64,000 nt of DNA, from NCBI GenBank assembly GCA_902463235.1, contig CABQER010000003.1, positions 9,297-73,296 of the forward strand, in the 5' to 3' direction. The position numbers were made by a program, and so were the translations under genes. Below, in pieces: positions 43,622 to 54,235 of the stretch. Under the pieces are notes generated by a model. The model worked only from the letters and a program-made list of their open reading frames with translations. It was not told the origin of the DNA and did no database searches. This DNA comes from an uncultured Faecalibacterium sp. GTDB taxonomy: Bacteria; Bacillota; Clostridia; Oscillospirales; Ruminococcaceae. The first letter of the stretch is position 1. The number at the start of each line of letters is the position of its first letter.

Positions 43622-44467
43622 ATGAAAAACACTGCTACCCGACTGCGCTCCCTCTGTGCTGCGCTGGCCGCACTGGTGCTTTTGCTGGCGCTGGCTGTAC
43701 CGGCCTTTGCCGCAGACGGCTTTGCCGACCTGTATTACCGTATGAACGACAGCGCGGAAGTTCTGACCGAGGACGAGGACAACGAGCTGGAAGCTTCGCT
43801 GGAGGAGCTGAGCGTCCGCCAGAGCTTTGATGTGGTCGTTGCCACCATCGACTCGCTGGAAGGCGAGGGTTACACCAGCATAGAAGAATACGCCGATGAC
43901 CTGTACGATTACTGCCAGTTCGGCTACGGTGAAAACCGGGACGGCGTGCTGCTGGTGGTAAGCATCGGCGACCGCAAATGGCATATCTCCACCTGCGGCT
44001 ACGGCATTACCGCCTTTACGGATGCCGGTATCCAGTACCTTGGCGAGCAGATGACCCCCGACATGGCAGACGGCGATTACGCCGCCGCCTTCCGCACCTT
44101 TATCCAGTGGACGGACACATACGTTACCGCCGCCCGCGAAGGCCACCCCTACGATGTAGACAATATGCCGCATGAGCCCCTCTCTATTATGTATCTGGGT
44201 CTGGCACTGGTCATTGGTCTGGTGACGGCACTCATCGTGACCGGCGTGATGAAGAGCCAGCTCAAGAGCGTAGCACCGCAGCAGGATGCAACCAGCTATG
44301 TGCGGCAGGGCAGCATGAAGCTGACCAACCAGCGGGACCTGTATCTGTACCGTGACGTGCACCGCACCGAGCGGCCGAAGGCGTCCAGTTCCGACGATTC
44401 CGGCGGCAGCTCCACCCACACCTCCTCCAGCGGCACTACCCACGGCGGCGGAGGCGGTTCGTTCTGA
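43622..44467 (+). CDS. TPM domain protein (YdjH-like)
   Basis: Signal peptide, DSAEVLT, YADDLYD, DGVLL, TM, Ser/Gly tail HTSSSGTTHGGGGGSF. Confidence 0.85.
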   Translation: MKNTATRLRSLCAALAALVLLLALAVPAFAADGFADLYYRMNDSAEVLTEDEDNELEASLEELSVRQSFDVVVATIDSLEGEGYTSIEEYADDLYDYCQFGYGENRDGVLLVVSIGDRKWHISTCGYGITAFTDAGIQYLGEQMTPDMADGDYAAAFRTFIQWTDTYVTAAREGHPYDVDNMPHEPLSIMYLGLALVIGLVTALIVTGVMKSQLKSVAPQQDATSYVRQGSMKLTNQRDLYLYRDVHRTERPKASSSDDSGGSSTHTSSSGTTHGGGGGSF

Positions 44468-44653
44468 AAACATTCCCTCGCAAGATAAAATCTCAAAAAC
44501 CGATCCGCAGCAGCCGGACGCACCCGCGCCCCGGCAACCGCTGCGGATCGGTTTTTACTTTTCTGCCGCCCGACACAAACGACTGATTTTTTCTGCGCCT
44601 TTGGGGCTATACTTCCAGTGCAGACGATTTTATATGCAGCAAGGAGCAGACAC

Positions 44654-46951
44654 ATGGGCATTTGGGAAAATCTGGGCATGGGCGGTTACCGGGGCTTTTC
44701 GCGCCCGGCGGCGCGGCTGTTGCAGCAGGCAGTGCAGCTGGCGGGAGATTTGGGCTGTGAGCAGGCGGATACCAGCCACCTTTTGCTGGCAATGCTGCGG
44801 CAGCAGGGCGCTGCGGCGCAGTTCCTTACCCGGAAAAACATCACCGAGCCGGAGGTGCGCCGCCAACTGGCGCAGCGCCGCAGCGCCCCGGCACAGCGGC
44901 TGGAGCGGCAGGCTATGGCACCGGACCTGCGCCGCACCATGGACTACGCGCTCATTGGGGCGCAGAACGCCCACGTCAGCCGGGCAGAGCCGGAGCACCT
45001 GCTCTGCGCCATGCTGGAAGATGACGGCTGCGCCGCCGGGCTGCTGCTGGCGGAGATGGGGCTTTCACTCACCGAGGCGGTGCGGGAGTGCCGCCAGCTG
45101 AGCGGACAGTTTGTGCTGCCCGCCCAGCCCCGGGTGTCGGCAAGCATTCCCCGGGGCAGCCGCGCCAGCGATAAATACTGCCGCGATTTGACCCGCCGCG
45201 CCGCAGAAGGGGAGCTGGACCCGGTGTTCTGCCGGGAAGCGGAACTTGACCGCATGGTGGAGATCCTGTGCCGCCGCCAGAAAAACGACCCCTGTCTGAT
45301 CGGCGAGCCGGGCGTGGGCAAAACGGCGCTGGCTGAGGGGCTGGCGCTGCGCATTGCCGCCGGGCAGGTGCCCAGAGCGCTGCAAGGGCGGCGGCTGCTG
45401 GCGCTGGACATGGCAAGCTTGGTGGCGGGCACCAAGTACCGGGGCGATTTTGAGGAGCGGCTGAAAAACCTGCTGGAAGAGCTGGTGCGGGACGGCACCG
45501 CCATCCTGTTTATCGATGAATTCCACACCATCGTGGGTGCCGGTGCCGCCGAGGGCGCTATCGACGCCGCCAGCATCCTGAAACCGGTGCTTGCCCGGGG
45601 CGAATTGCAGCTCATCGGCGCCACCACCAATCAGGAGTTCCGCACCCATATCCAGAAGGACGCCGCGCTGGAACGCCGCTTTGGCCGGGTGCAGGTGGAG
45701 GAACCTACCCCCGCACAGGCGGTGGAGATCCTCAACGGTCTTGCGCCCCGCTACGAGCGCTACCATAACGTGCGCCTGCCGCCCCAGACCTTGCAGGCGG
45801 CGGTGGAGCTTTCGGTGCGGTATCTGCCCGGGCGCTGCCTGCCGGATAAGGCCATCGACCTTGTGGACGAAGCCTGTGCGGCGGCGCGCATCCTTGCCGA
45901 AAAGGAGCAGCGCACCCAGCCGGTGCTCAGCCCGGAGGACATCGCCCGGGTGGTGGCAGCCGCCAGCGGTGTGCCCGCCCAGCGGGTGGGCGAGCAGGAA
46001 CGGGAGCGTCTGGACAAGCTGGAAAGCCGCCTGAACGCGGAAATCGTCGGCCAGCAGCGGGCGGTGGCGGCCGTGGCGGGAGCTATCCGGCGCAGCCGCA
46101 CCGGCTTGGGCGAGCCGGGACGTCCCATCGGTGCCATGCTGTTTTTAGGGCCTACCGGTGTGGGCAAGACCGCACTTGCCCGGGCGCTGGCGGTCAGCTG
46201 GTTCGGCAGCGAGAAAGCACTGCTCAAATTTGATATGTCGGAGTATCAGGAGCAGCACACCGCCGCCCGGCTGCTGGGTGCGCCGCCGGGCTACCTTGGC
46301 CATGACGAGGGCGGTCAGCTGACCGAAGCCGTGCGCCGCCGCCCGTACAGTGTGGTACTGTTTGATGAGATCGAAAAGGCACACCCGGATATCCAGAATA
46401 TTCTGTTGCAAATTTTGGAGGACGGTCAGCTGACCGATGCCATGGGACGCAAGGCGGATTTCCGCAACACCATCGTGCTGCTCACCTCCAACTTGGGCGC
46501 ACGGTTTTTGGCGGGGCAGAACGCGCCGCTGGGCTTTGCCGCCGGGGCAGAAGCCGTGTTTGAAAAGCAGTCCGCACAGGCTGTGGAGGAAGCCAAAAAG
46601 TGGTTCCGACCGGAGCTGCTGGGGCGGCTGGACGAAGTGATCGTGTTCCGCCCATTGGCAGAGGAAAACCTTTGCGCCATTGCAGAAAAAATGCTCTGCC
46701 AGCTGGAGCAGCGCGCCGCCCGCAGCGGCTACCGCCTGCGCCACACCCCGCAGGTGGGTGCAGCACTGGCTGCTCGGGCGCAATCGGCCTACGGTGCGCG
46801 GGAACTGCGCCGTCAGGTGGACAGGGCAGTGGAGCAGGCGCTTGCAAACCGTATTGCCGCCGGAACTGCCTGCGTAGGGCAGCACTGGACAGCAGACTGC
46901 GCCGCCGATGGCAGCATCGTTTTGCGGGAGGATGAGACCATAACCTTATAA
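44654..46951 (+). CDS. ClpA/C-family AAA+ ATPase
   Basis: Clp N repeats, GEPGVGKT, FIDEFH, GPTGVGKT, DMSEY, FDEIEKAH, LGF loop, GARELRR. Confidence 0.92.
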   Translation: MGIWENLGMGGYRGFSRPAARLLQQAVQLAGDLGCEQADTSHLLLAMLRQQGAAAQFLTRKNITEPEVRRQLAQRRSAPAQRLERQAMAPDLRRTMDYALIGAQNAHVSRAEPEHLLCAMLEDDGCAAGLLLAEMGLSLTEAVRECRQLSGQFVLPAQPRVSASIPRGSRASDKYCRDLTRRAAEGELDPVFCREAELDRMVEILCRRQKNDPCLIGEPGVGKTALAEGLALRIAAGQVPRALQGRRLLALDMASLVAGTKYRGDFEERLKNLLEELVRDGTAILFIDEFHTIVGAGAAEGAIDAASILKPVLARGELQLIGATTNQEFRTHIQKDAALERRFGRVQVEEPTPAQAVEILNGLAPRYERYHNVRLPPQTLQAAVELSVRYLPGRCLPDKAIDLVDEACAAARILAEKEQRTQPVLSPEDIARVVAAASGVPAQRVGEQERERLDKLESRLNAEIVGQQRAVAAVAGAIRRSRTGLGEPGRPIGAMLFLGPTGVGKTALARALAVSWFGSEKALLKFDMSEYQEQHTAARLLGAPPGYLGHDEGGQLTEAVRRRPYSVVLFDEIEKAHPDIQNILLQILEDGQLTDAMGRKADFRNTIVLLTSNLGARFLAGQNAPLGFAAGAEAVFEKQSAQAVEEAKKWFRPELLGRLDEVIVFRPLAEENLCAIAEKMLCQLEQRAARSGYRLRHTPQVGAALAARAQSAYGARELRRQVDRAVEQALANRIAAGTACVGQHWTADCAADGSIVLREDETITL

Positions 46952-47038
46952 GGAAATAGCAAAATAGCGTTTTTGCTTGCAACCGGCGCGGTTTTCGACT
47001 ATTATAGAGGAAATAGAGTTACAACAGGGAGGATCCCG

Positions 47039-48022
47039 ATGCACACGCTGTTTCTTCTCAACCCCGCAGCCGGAAAGGCCGACTGTACCTGCACCCTGCC
47101 GCAGCGGATCGCGGCGGCGGCTGCCGGTGCCGGGCTTGCCCCGGAGGATTACACCATCCGCGTCACCACCCACGCAGGCCACGCCCGGGAGCTGTCCCGC
47201 GCTGCCGCCGCTGCTGCCCAGAAGGCGGGGGTGGAGCTGCGCATTTTTACCGCCGGCGGTGATGGCACCTTCAACGAGGCGCTCACAGGTGCCCACGGCT
47301 TTGATAAGACCGCCGTGGGCTGCCTGCCCTATGGCAGCGGCAACGACTTTCTGCGCACCTACGGTACAAAAGAGGAGTTTCTGGATCTGGACGCCCAGCT
47401 GGCCGGTGGGGTAGTGCCCATCGACCTGATGCGCACCAGTCTGGGGCTTTCTGCCACCATCTGTGCCGCCGGTCTGGACGCACAGGTGGCCTACGGCATC
47501 CCCAAGTTCCGGCGCATTCCGCTGTGCGGCGGCGAGGCAGCCTATGCGCTGTCCATCGTCCAGCAGCTGTGCGGGCATATCGGCCGCAGGGTGGAGTACG
47601 TCATTGACGGCGAGGTGCTGACCGTGGACTGCCTGATGTGCGCAGTGTGCAACGGCCGCGCCTACGGCGGCGGCTTTATGGCTGGGCCGGAGGCACAACC
47701 GGATGACGGCTGGCTGGATGTGTTCATCGTGCGCAAGGTCAGCCGCCGGGTCATTGCAAAGCTGCTGATGCTGTACAAAAACGGCCAGCACTTTCAAAAC
47801 GGTCAGCTCACCGAGGCCGCAAAGCCCTACTTTATCTACCGCCGCGCAAAATCGGTCAGTCTGCGGGCAGCAGATGGCCGTGGGCCCATCATTGCCACTG
47901 TGGACGGCGAGTGCGCCCCCTGCAAGCAGGTGTCGGTGCAGGTGCAGCCGCTGGCGGGCCGCGTGCTGCTGCCGCAGCCCGCTTACCAGCGCTTTACCGC
48001 CCAAAAAGCGGCTGTGAAGTGA
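47039..48022 (+). CDS. Diacylglycerol/lipid kinase family protein
   Basis: NPAAGK, GGDGTFNE, PYGSGNDF, NGRAYGGG, VDGE. Confidence 0.92.
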   Translation: MHTLFLLNPAAGKADCTCTLPQRIAAAAAGAGLAPEDYTIRVTTHAGHARELSRAAAAAAQKAGVELRIFTAGGDGTFNEALTGAHGFDKTAVGCLPYGSGNDFLRTYGTKEEFLDLDAQLAGGVVPIDLMRTSLGLSATICAAGLDAQVAYGIPKFRRIPLCGGEAAYALSIVQQLCGHIGRRVEYVIDGEVLTVDCLMCAVCNGRAYGGGFMAGPEAQPDDGWLDVFIVRKVSRRVIAKLLMLYKNGQHFQNGQLTEAAKPYFIYRRAKSVSLRAADGRGPIIATVDGECAPCKQVSVQVQPLAGRVLLPQPAYQRFTAQKAAVK

Positions 48023-48091
48023 GTAATAAACCATCAGACCCAAACAAGGCCGCTGCACAGAACAATGCGCAGCGGCCTTGCATTTTGTTTG

Positions 48092-49174
48092 CTAGGTGGC
48101 AGCTTTGGCGTGGCGCTGCCGCACCCGGCATTCCAGCGCCTTGTAAAAGCTGCTCAGGCAGAGCGTGAGCAAAAGTACGGTCAGGGTCCAGACCACGGGA
48201 TGTACCGTAAGGTTAAACTTGTCCGCGAACCACTCCATATACCGGATCAGCACCTGATGGATCAGAAAACCGTAAGGAGACAGCCCCGCCAGCCACAAAA
48301 ACGGCTTTGCGGAAAACAGCCGGGAAATGAACCCCTTGCCCACGGCAAGCAGCCAGACCAGCAGCACCGCAGAGGGGATAAACAGCACATTGTACCGGAA
48401 GGCCGCTGCACCCAGAACCCCCACCTGTCTGGCGGCGATAAACAGGCAGCCGCCCGCAAGCAGCACAGCGGCAAGTTCCAGCAGGGAGAAAACACCGCGC
48501 GGCAGGGTGCTTACCTGTTTGCGGCTGTGGTAAAGACAGCCCATGCAGCAGCTGATGGTAAAATTTCCCGCCCGGAAAAGCGGGCACAGATAGGTCAGGT
48601 AAAAGACTGTCGTTTCATTGAACCCGGCCTTCCAGAAAACAAAGGACGCAAGGCACTGTGCGCAGAAAATCACCGCGGCTATGCAGCGCAGCCTGCGGGC
48701 ATCTGCTTTTTTCAGCACGGCGAGTAGCGGGGGGAAGATGGCATACAGAAAAGCCTGTAACGAAAGATACCACGCCACCCCGTTCAGGCAGAACCAGAAA
48801 CGGTTGGAAGGAACCCATGTCTGCAGCAGGAAAATGCTTACCAAAAGCTGCGCTGCACAGGATAGCGCTCCACGGACAGAGGGCTGCGCCAGAAGCCCCT
48901 TCAGCACAAATAACAGCGCGGCAGTCATCATAATAAGGTGCAGCAGGTACAGCTTGCGTATTTTTTGCAGGGAAAAGGCGATGGCAGACCGCACCCCCGG
49001 TGCTGTGGGAGGACGGTCGTAATGGTTGCAGGTCATCAGGAACCCGGACAGCGCCACGAACACCGTGATCGCCCACGGGCTCAGCCACGGCAGCCCGCAA
49101 TGGGAGAGGACGATGCACAAAAATGCGACTGCCCGCAGTCCCTGTAAAGATGAGATCAGCTTTTTGTCTGTCAA
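48092..49174 (-). CDS. Acyltransferase family 3 (OafA-like) membrane protein
   Basis: SLQGLRAVAFLCIVLSH, FVALSGFLM, NGVAWYLS, GFLIHQ; TTG start after GGAGG. Confidence 0.85.
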   Translation of the reverse strand: MTDKKLISSLQGLRAVAFLCIVLSHCGLPWLSPWAITVFVALSGFLMTCNHYDRPPTAPGVRSAIAFSLQKIRKLYLLHLIMMTAALLFVLKGLLAQPSVRGALSCAAQLLVSIFLLQTWVPSNRFWFCLNGVAWYLSLQAFLYAIFPPLLAVLKKADARRLRCIAAVIFCAQCLASFVFWKAGFNETTVFYLTYLCPLFRAGNFTISCCMGCLYHSRKQVSTLPRGVFSLLELAAVLLAGGCLFIAARQVGVLGAAAFRYNVLFIPSAVLLVWLLAVGKGFISRLFSAKPFLWLAGLSPYGFLIHQVLIRYMEWFADKFNLTVHPVVWTLTVLLLTLCLSSFYKALECRVRQRHAKAAT

Positions 49175-49337
49175 AGTATCCTCCGTTCTGCCGCAAAGCG
49201 CGGCAGCTGTGTTTTTGCAATGCATTATAAGTATAAAAAAGGTGGCGCGTCCTGTCAAGAACACGCCGCTTTTTTGCGTGGCAGGGTGCGATTTTTGAGC
49301 GTCATAAATTCTTAACAAAGAAAAATTGCAAAACCCC

Positions 49338-49397
49338 TTGATTTTTCAGGGCAAGATGAGTACAATACACTTAGCACTCAGAGAAAAGGAGTGCTAA
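49338..49397 (+). promoter_or_regulatory. groE promoter and CIRCE (HrcA operator)
   Basis: TTGATT-17-TACAAT (49338-49366); perfect TTAGCACTC-N9-GAGTGCTAA at 49371-49397. Confidence 0.95.
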
Positions 49398-49478
49398 ACC
49401 ACTGCGGAGCATACACGAAGCCCCCGCAGGACGCAACAAAGTTTCAAATAAATTCAATATAATTGGAGGGCAAGAATT

Positions 49479-49766
49479 ATGAAGATCATTCCTCTTGCAG
49501 ACCGTGTTGTCATTAAGACTGTTGAAGTCGAGGAGACCACCAAGGGTGGCCTGATCCTGACCGGCAGCGCAAAAGAGAAGCCGCAGGTGGCACAGGTCAT
49601 CGCAGTTGGCCCCGGCGGTGTCGTGGACGGCAAGGAAGTCAAGATGACCGTCAAGGTCGGCGACAAGGTCCTCACCAGCAAGTACTCCGGCACCGAGGTC
49701 AAGGTGGACGGCGAAGAGTGCACCATCGTGCGCCAGAGCGACATTCTGGCTGTTGTGGAAGACTGA
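49479..49766 (+). CDS. groES: Co-chaperonin GroES
   Basis: PLADRVVI, TKGGLIL, AVGPG, KYSGTEV. Confidence 0.98.
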   Translation: MKIIPLADRVVIKTVEVEETTKGGLILTGSAKEKPQVAQVIAVGPGGVVDGKEVKMTVKVGDKVLTSKYSGTEVKVDGEECTIVRQSDILAVVED

Positions 49767-49790
49767 AACTGATTTTTCCTTTTCAATTGA

Positions 49791-51452
<1,662 letters not shown>

Positions 51453-51506
51453 TAGCTGCCAAAAAACCGCATGAATCCTTGATTTTTGGAGTGCGCAAGA
51501 GCGGAT

Positions 51507-51534
51507 TTACGCCAAACTTACGCCACTTACGCCA
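51507..51534 (+). repeat. Three TTACGCCA direct repeats (candidate integrase arm-type sites)
   Basis: Exact copies at 51507, 51518 and 51527, about 55 bp after the groEL stop. Confidence 0.7.
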
Positions 51535-51560
51535 AAAATCAAAGCGCACTATAGGGTAAC

Positions 51561-51598
51561 AAAATCGGCACTCGCTGAAAAGCGGGTGCCGATTTTTT
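51561..51598 (+). terminator. Intrinsic terminator downstream of groEL
   Basis: AAAATCGGCACTCGCT-GAAA-AGCGGGTGCCGATTTTTT. Confidence 0.8.
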
Positions 51599-51741
51599 GC
51601 GTCTAGGGGATTTGAAGACTCATGAAACACACTGATGGATTCTGCGAGCGGCAGACTGTCAGCGGCTTTATTGTTGACGAAAAACAAAGGTAGGGATACA
51701 ATAATAAAAAAGAATGTAAAACCGGAAGGGAGCGTGCCGCC

Positions 51742-51957
51742 ATGGAAAATCAGAGGGATTTCTGCACAGAATGCCGCAGAGAAACAAACTACACCTTGAA
51801 GAAAATCAAAAGCAACCAGACTATTCGGGGTAAAGAGTACACTTTTGAGATCGCGGCTGCTTTCTGCAACGAATGCGGCGGCGAAATGGGGATTCCCGGC
51901 CTGATAGACTACAACATAAAGGAGATAGACGAGCAGTACCATAGCATCAGAACGTGA
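51742..51957 (+). pseudogene. Truncated MqsA-like zinc-finger antitoxin N-terminus
   Basis: FCTECRRE...IRGKEYTF....AFCNECGGEM; stops after 71 aa, before any HTH; GGAAGGGAG RBS. Confidence 0.55.
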
Positions 51958-52015
51958 GATGGGTTAAAGAAGCGTACTGCAACAATGATATAAAAGTAGT
52001 TTCTTTTCGTGTGAG

Positions 52016-53716
52016 GTGAAATCAATGAATGCTGACTATGTTGAAAATATCATTCGAAATATTGATGAGAAGTTTTATACCTATAAGTGCATCTTGGTTG
52101 ATGGTACTTGGGGCATTGGAAAGTCCTATATGGTAAGAAAAGCATTAGAGGACAAGAAAGATAAGGCTTTTTATGTATCGCTGTTTGGGCTGGAAAGTGC
52201 TCAGCAAATATATCATGATATTTTATATCAACTGCTTCTTCATACAGAGAATGGTGGAAAATTAGTTGAGTGGTGTAAGGATATAACTAAGATTTTTGGA
52301 AATTTCAATGAAAAGATAAAAAATATAAATACTATTTTGGAAAGTCATTTTTCAGAACGGGATTTGCTGAAAACGATAATCCAAAAATTTGAAGGACATT
52401 GTATTATTGTGGTTGATGATTTAGAAAGGCATAAAAAAGGAGTGAACTTTGAGGAAGCTTTGGGAATAATTGAAAACCTGAAGCAATTTGAACAAGTTAA
52501 AATCATTCTTATTGCGCATTCTGGAGAAATTCGTAGTGAGGATAAAGATATTTATGACAAATTCAAAGAAAAGGTAATAGATAGAATATTTGAGGTGACG
52601 GAACATTCAAATTCTATCAAGTGGGATAGAATGGGAAAGCAGGAATTTATTGCGAATTTCTTGTCTCAGCATAATGTGAAAAATTTGCGAACATTACAAA
52701 AAGCAAGATGTTTTTTTAATGATGTGGAACGGTGCTGCTTGGAGATTAAGGACGAGAAATTTATCGATGAAATACGGCAGATATGTTTTGCGGTAGTAGT
52801 TGAAGATACGGATAAGCTTTATTATAGAGAGCTTCCTGAATTTTCAGAACAGGATGCCTCAAATCCTCAAAAGCGAGTGACGAGGATTTTGGCAGAAAGT
52901 GAAAATAAGATAGAATCAAGGCTGGGACAGTATACTAAAAAATTGAAGTCGGGAGAGGCATTGGTAAAATGTATTTACAAATATTATAAAAATGAAAAGA
53001 TATTGACGAAAGAGGAGATGGAAATACATTACAAAATATATCGAAAAGCGGGAGACATACCTAATAATTATAAGTCTGAAAAAGAAATGAGACAATATAT
53101 TAGCGTGTGGAAAACTGAATTTGATGAGGCAAAGGGGAGCACTGAATTAACTTTTTTGGCGGGAGAATATGATCGATGGTATCAGGTTTTAGGGGAGGAT
53201 GACAAAGAGCTGATAGAAACCTATGAAAAAAAGCTTGAGAAGTTCTTTGTTGACGAAGCAAAGAAAATAATGCCCAATCCTTTGGATCACTATAGTGGAG
53301 GTAAATTTGACAATGCCACACAAACGGTAAGAGAAATATATAATGAAGTGCTCAAAAGAGCAAAATGCAGATTGGTGCAGGATTATATAGAGTATCTTTG
53401 TGAAAAGACAAATGACGAGACAGCTTGGAAATATTCAGGACAGCTTAGGGACTGGTATACAGATAGCACGGATATAGGAAAGTATATTGAAGATAATCTG
53501 GAAAGGCTTTTTACTGAAAAATCGTTCCCTGTATTTGGTATGAATGATTGTAAATATTATACCTGCTGCAACATTATTAAGATGCTGTATCAGAAAGATA
53601 GTGAGCATTTTGTTGAACGGTATAAAGAGCTGAAAACAAGTTTTGACCGCATGAGCATTTACCGAACGGAGATGATTCTCAGAGAACTCGAAATCCTAAA
53701 TCAAATCAATAAATAA
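52016..53716 (+). CDS. KAP-family P-loop NTPase
   Basis: GTWGIGKS Walker A, YVSLFG, IIVVDDLER Walker B, FKEKVID, NLRTL; AT-rich. Start may be ATG 52025. Confidence 0.85.
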   Translation: MKSMNADYVENIIRNIDEKFYTYKCILVDGTWGIGKSYMVRKALEDKKDKAFYVSLFGLESAQQIYHDILYQLLLHTENGGKLVEWCKDITKIFGNFNEKIKNINTILESHFSERDLLKTIIQKFEGHCIIVVDDLERHKKGVNFEEALGIIENLKQFEQVKIILIAHSGEIRSEDKDIYDKFKEKVIDRIFEVTEHSNSIKWDRMGKQEFIANFLSQHNVKNLRTLQKARCFFNDVERCCLEIKDEKFIDEIRQICFAVVVEDTDKLYYRELPEFSEQDASNPQKRVTRILAESENKIESRLGQYTKKLKSGEALVKCIYKYYKNEKILTKEEMEIHYKIYRKAGDIPNNYKSEKEMRQYISVWKTEFDEAKGSTELTFLAGEYDRWYQVLGEDDKELIETYEKKLEKFFVDEAKKIMPNPLDHYSGGKFDNATQTVREIYNEVLKRAKCRLVQDYIEYLCEKTNDETAWKYSGQLRDWYTDSTDIGKYIEDNLERLFTEKSFPVFGMNDCKYYTCCNIIKMLYQKDSEHFVERYKELKTSFDRMSIYRTEMILRELEILNQINK

Positions 53717-53719
53717 GAC

Positions 53720-53765
53720 AAGCCGCCCAGCGACCTTACGGTCTCGCTGGGCGGCTTATTTTTTG
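53720..53765. terminator. Terminator between convergent KAP NTPase and XRE genes
   Basis: AAGCCGCCCAGCGA...TCGCTGGGCGGCTT followed by a T tract. Confidence 0.75.
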
Positions 53766-54058
53766 CGTTTCCACAACAGATATTCTTCGTAGCGGTGCAT
53801 CTCGTTCTGTTCTTCTTCGGTCAGGCGCTGGCGCTGTTTGCGGGCTTCGTCCGAGGGGTCGATGTCGGTCAGACCCAGTAGGTAGTCGGCAGAGGTGCCA
53901 TAACGCTTGCAGAGTGCAATCAAAACTTCATGGCTGGGAGATGCTTTGTCGCGTTCCCATGTGCGGACGGTAGGCACTGAAACATGAAATGCTTTTGCTA
54001 AATCTTCTTGCGTTTCACCGTTTAATTTGCGTAATTCCGCGAGCCGTTCGCCAATCAT
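53756..54058 (-). CDS. XRE/Cro-family HTH regulator
   Basis: IGERLAELRK...TQEDLAKAFHVSVPTVRTWERDKASP...SADYLLG. Confidence 0.92.
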   Translation of the reverse strand: MIGERLAELRKLNGETQEDLAKAFHVSVPTVRTWERDKASPSHEVLIALCKRYGTSADYLLGLTDIDPSDEARKQRQRLTEEEQNEMHRYEEYLLWKRKK

Positions 54059-54235
54059 CCTAATCCCTGCCTTTCTTTGCTATCAGTATAAATAATATTG
54101 TCGCTTTTGACAAAAACCGATAATCCCGTTGTCAGTTTTGCTTAAAAGTGATAATATTATTATCATAATAGTGCGAAAGTGATAAGAATACTGACACTTC
54201 CGCCACAACGCTAAGGCAAAGCGAGGGAATCCCCG

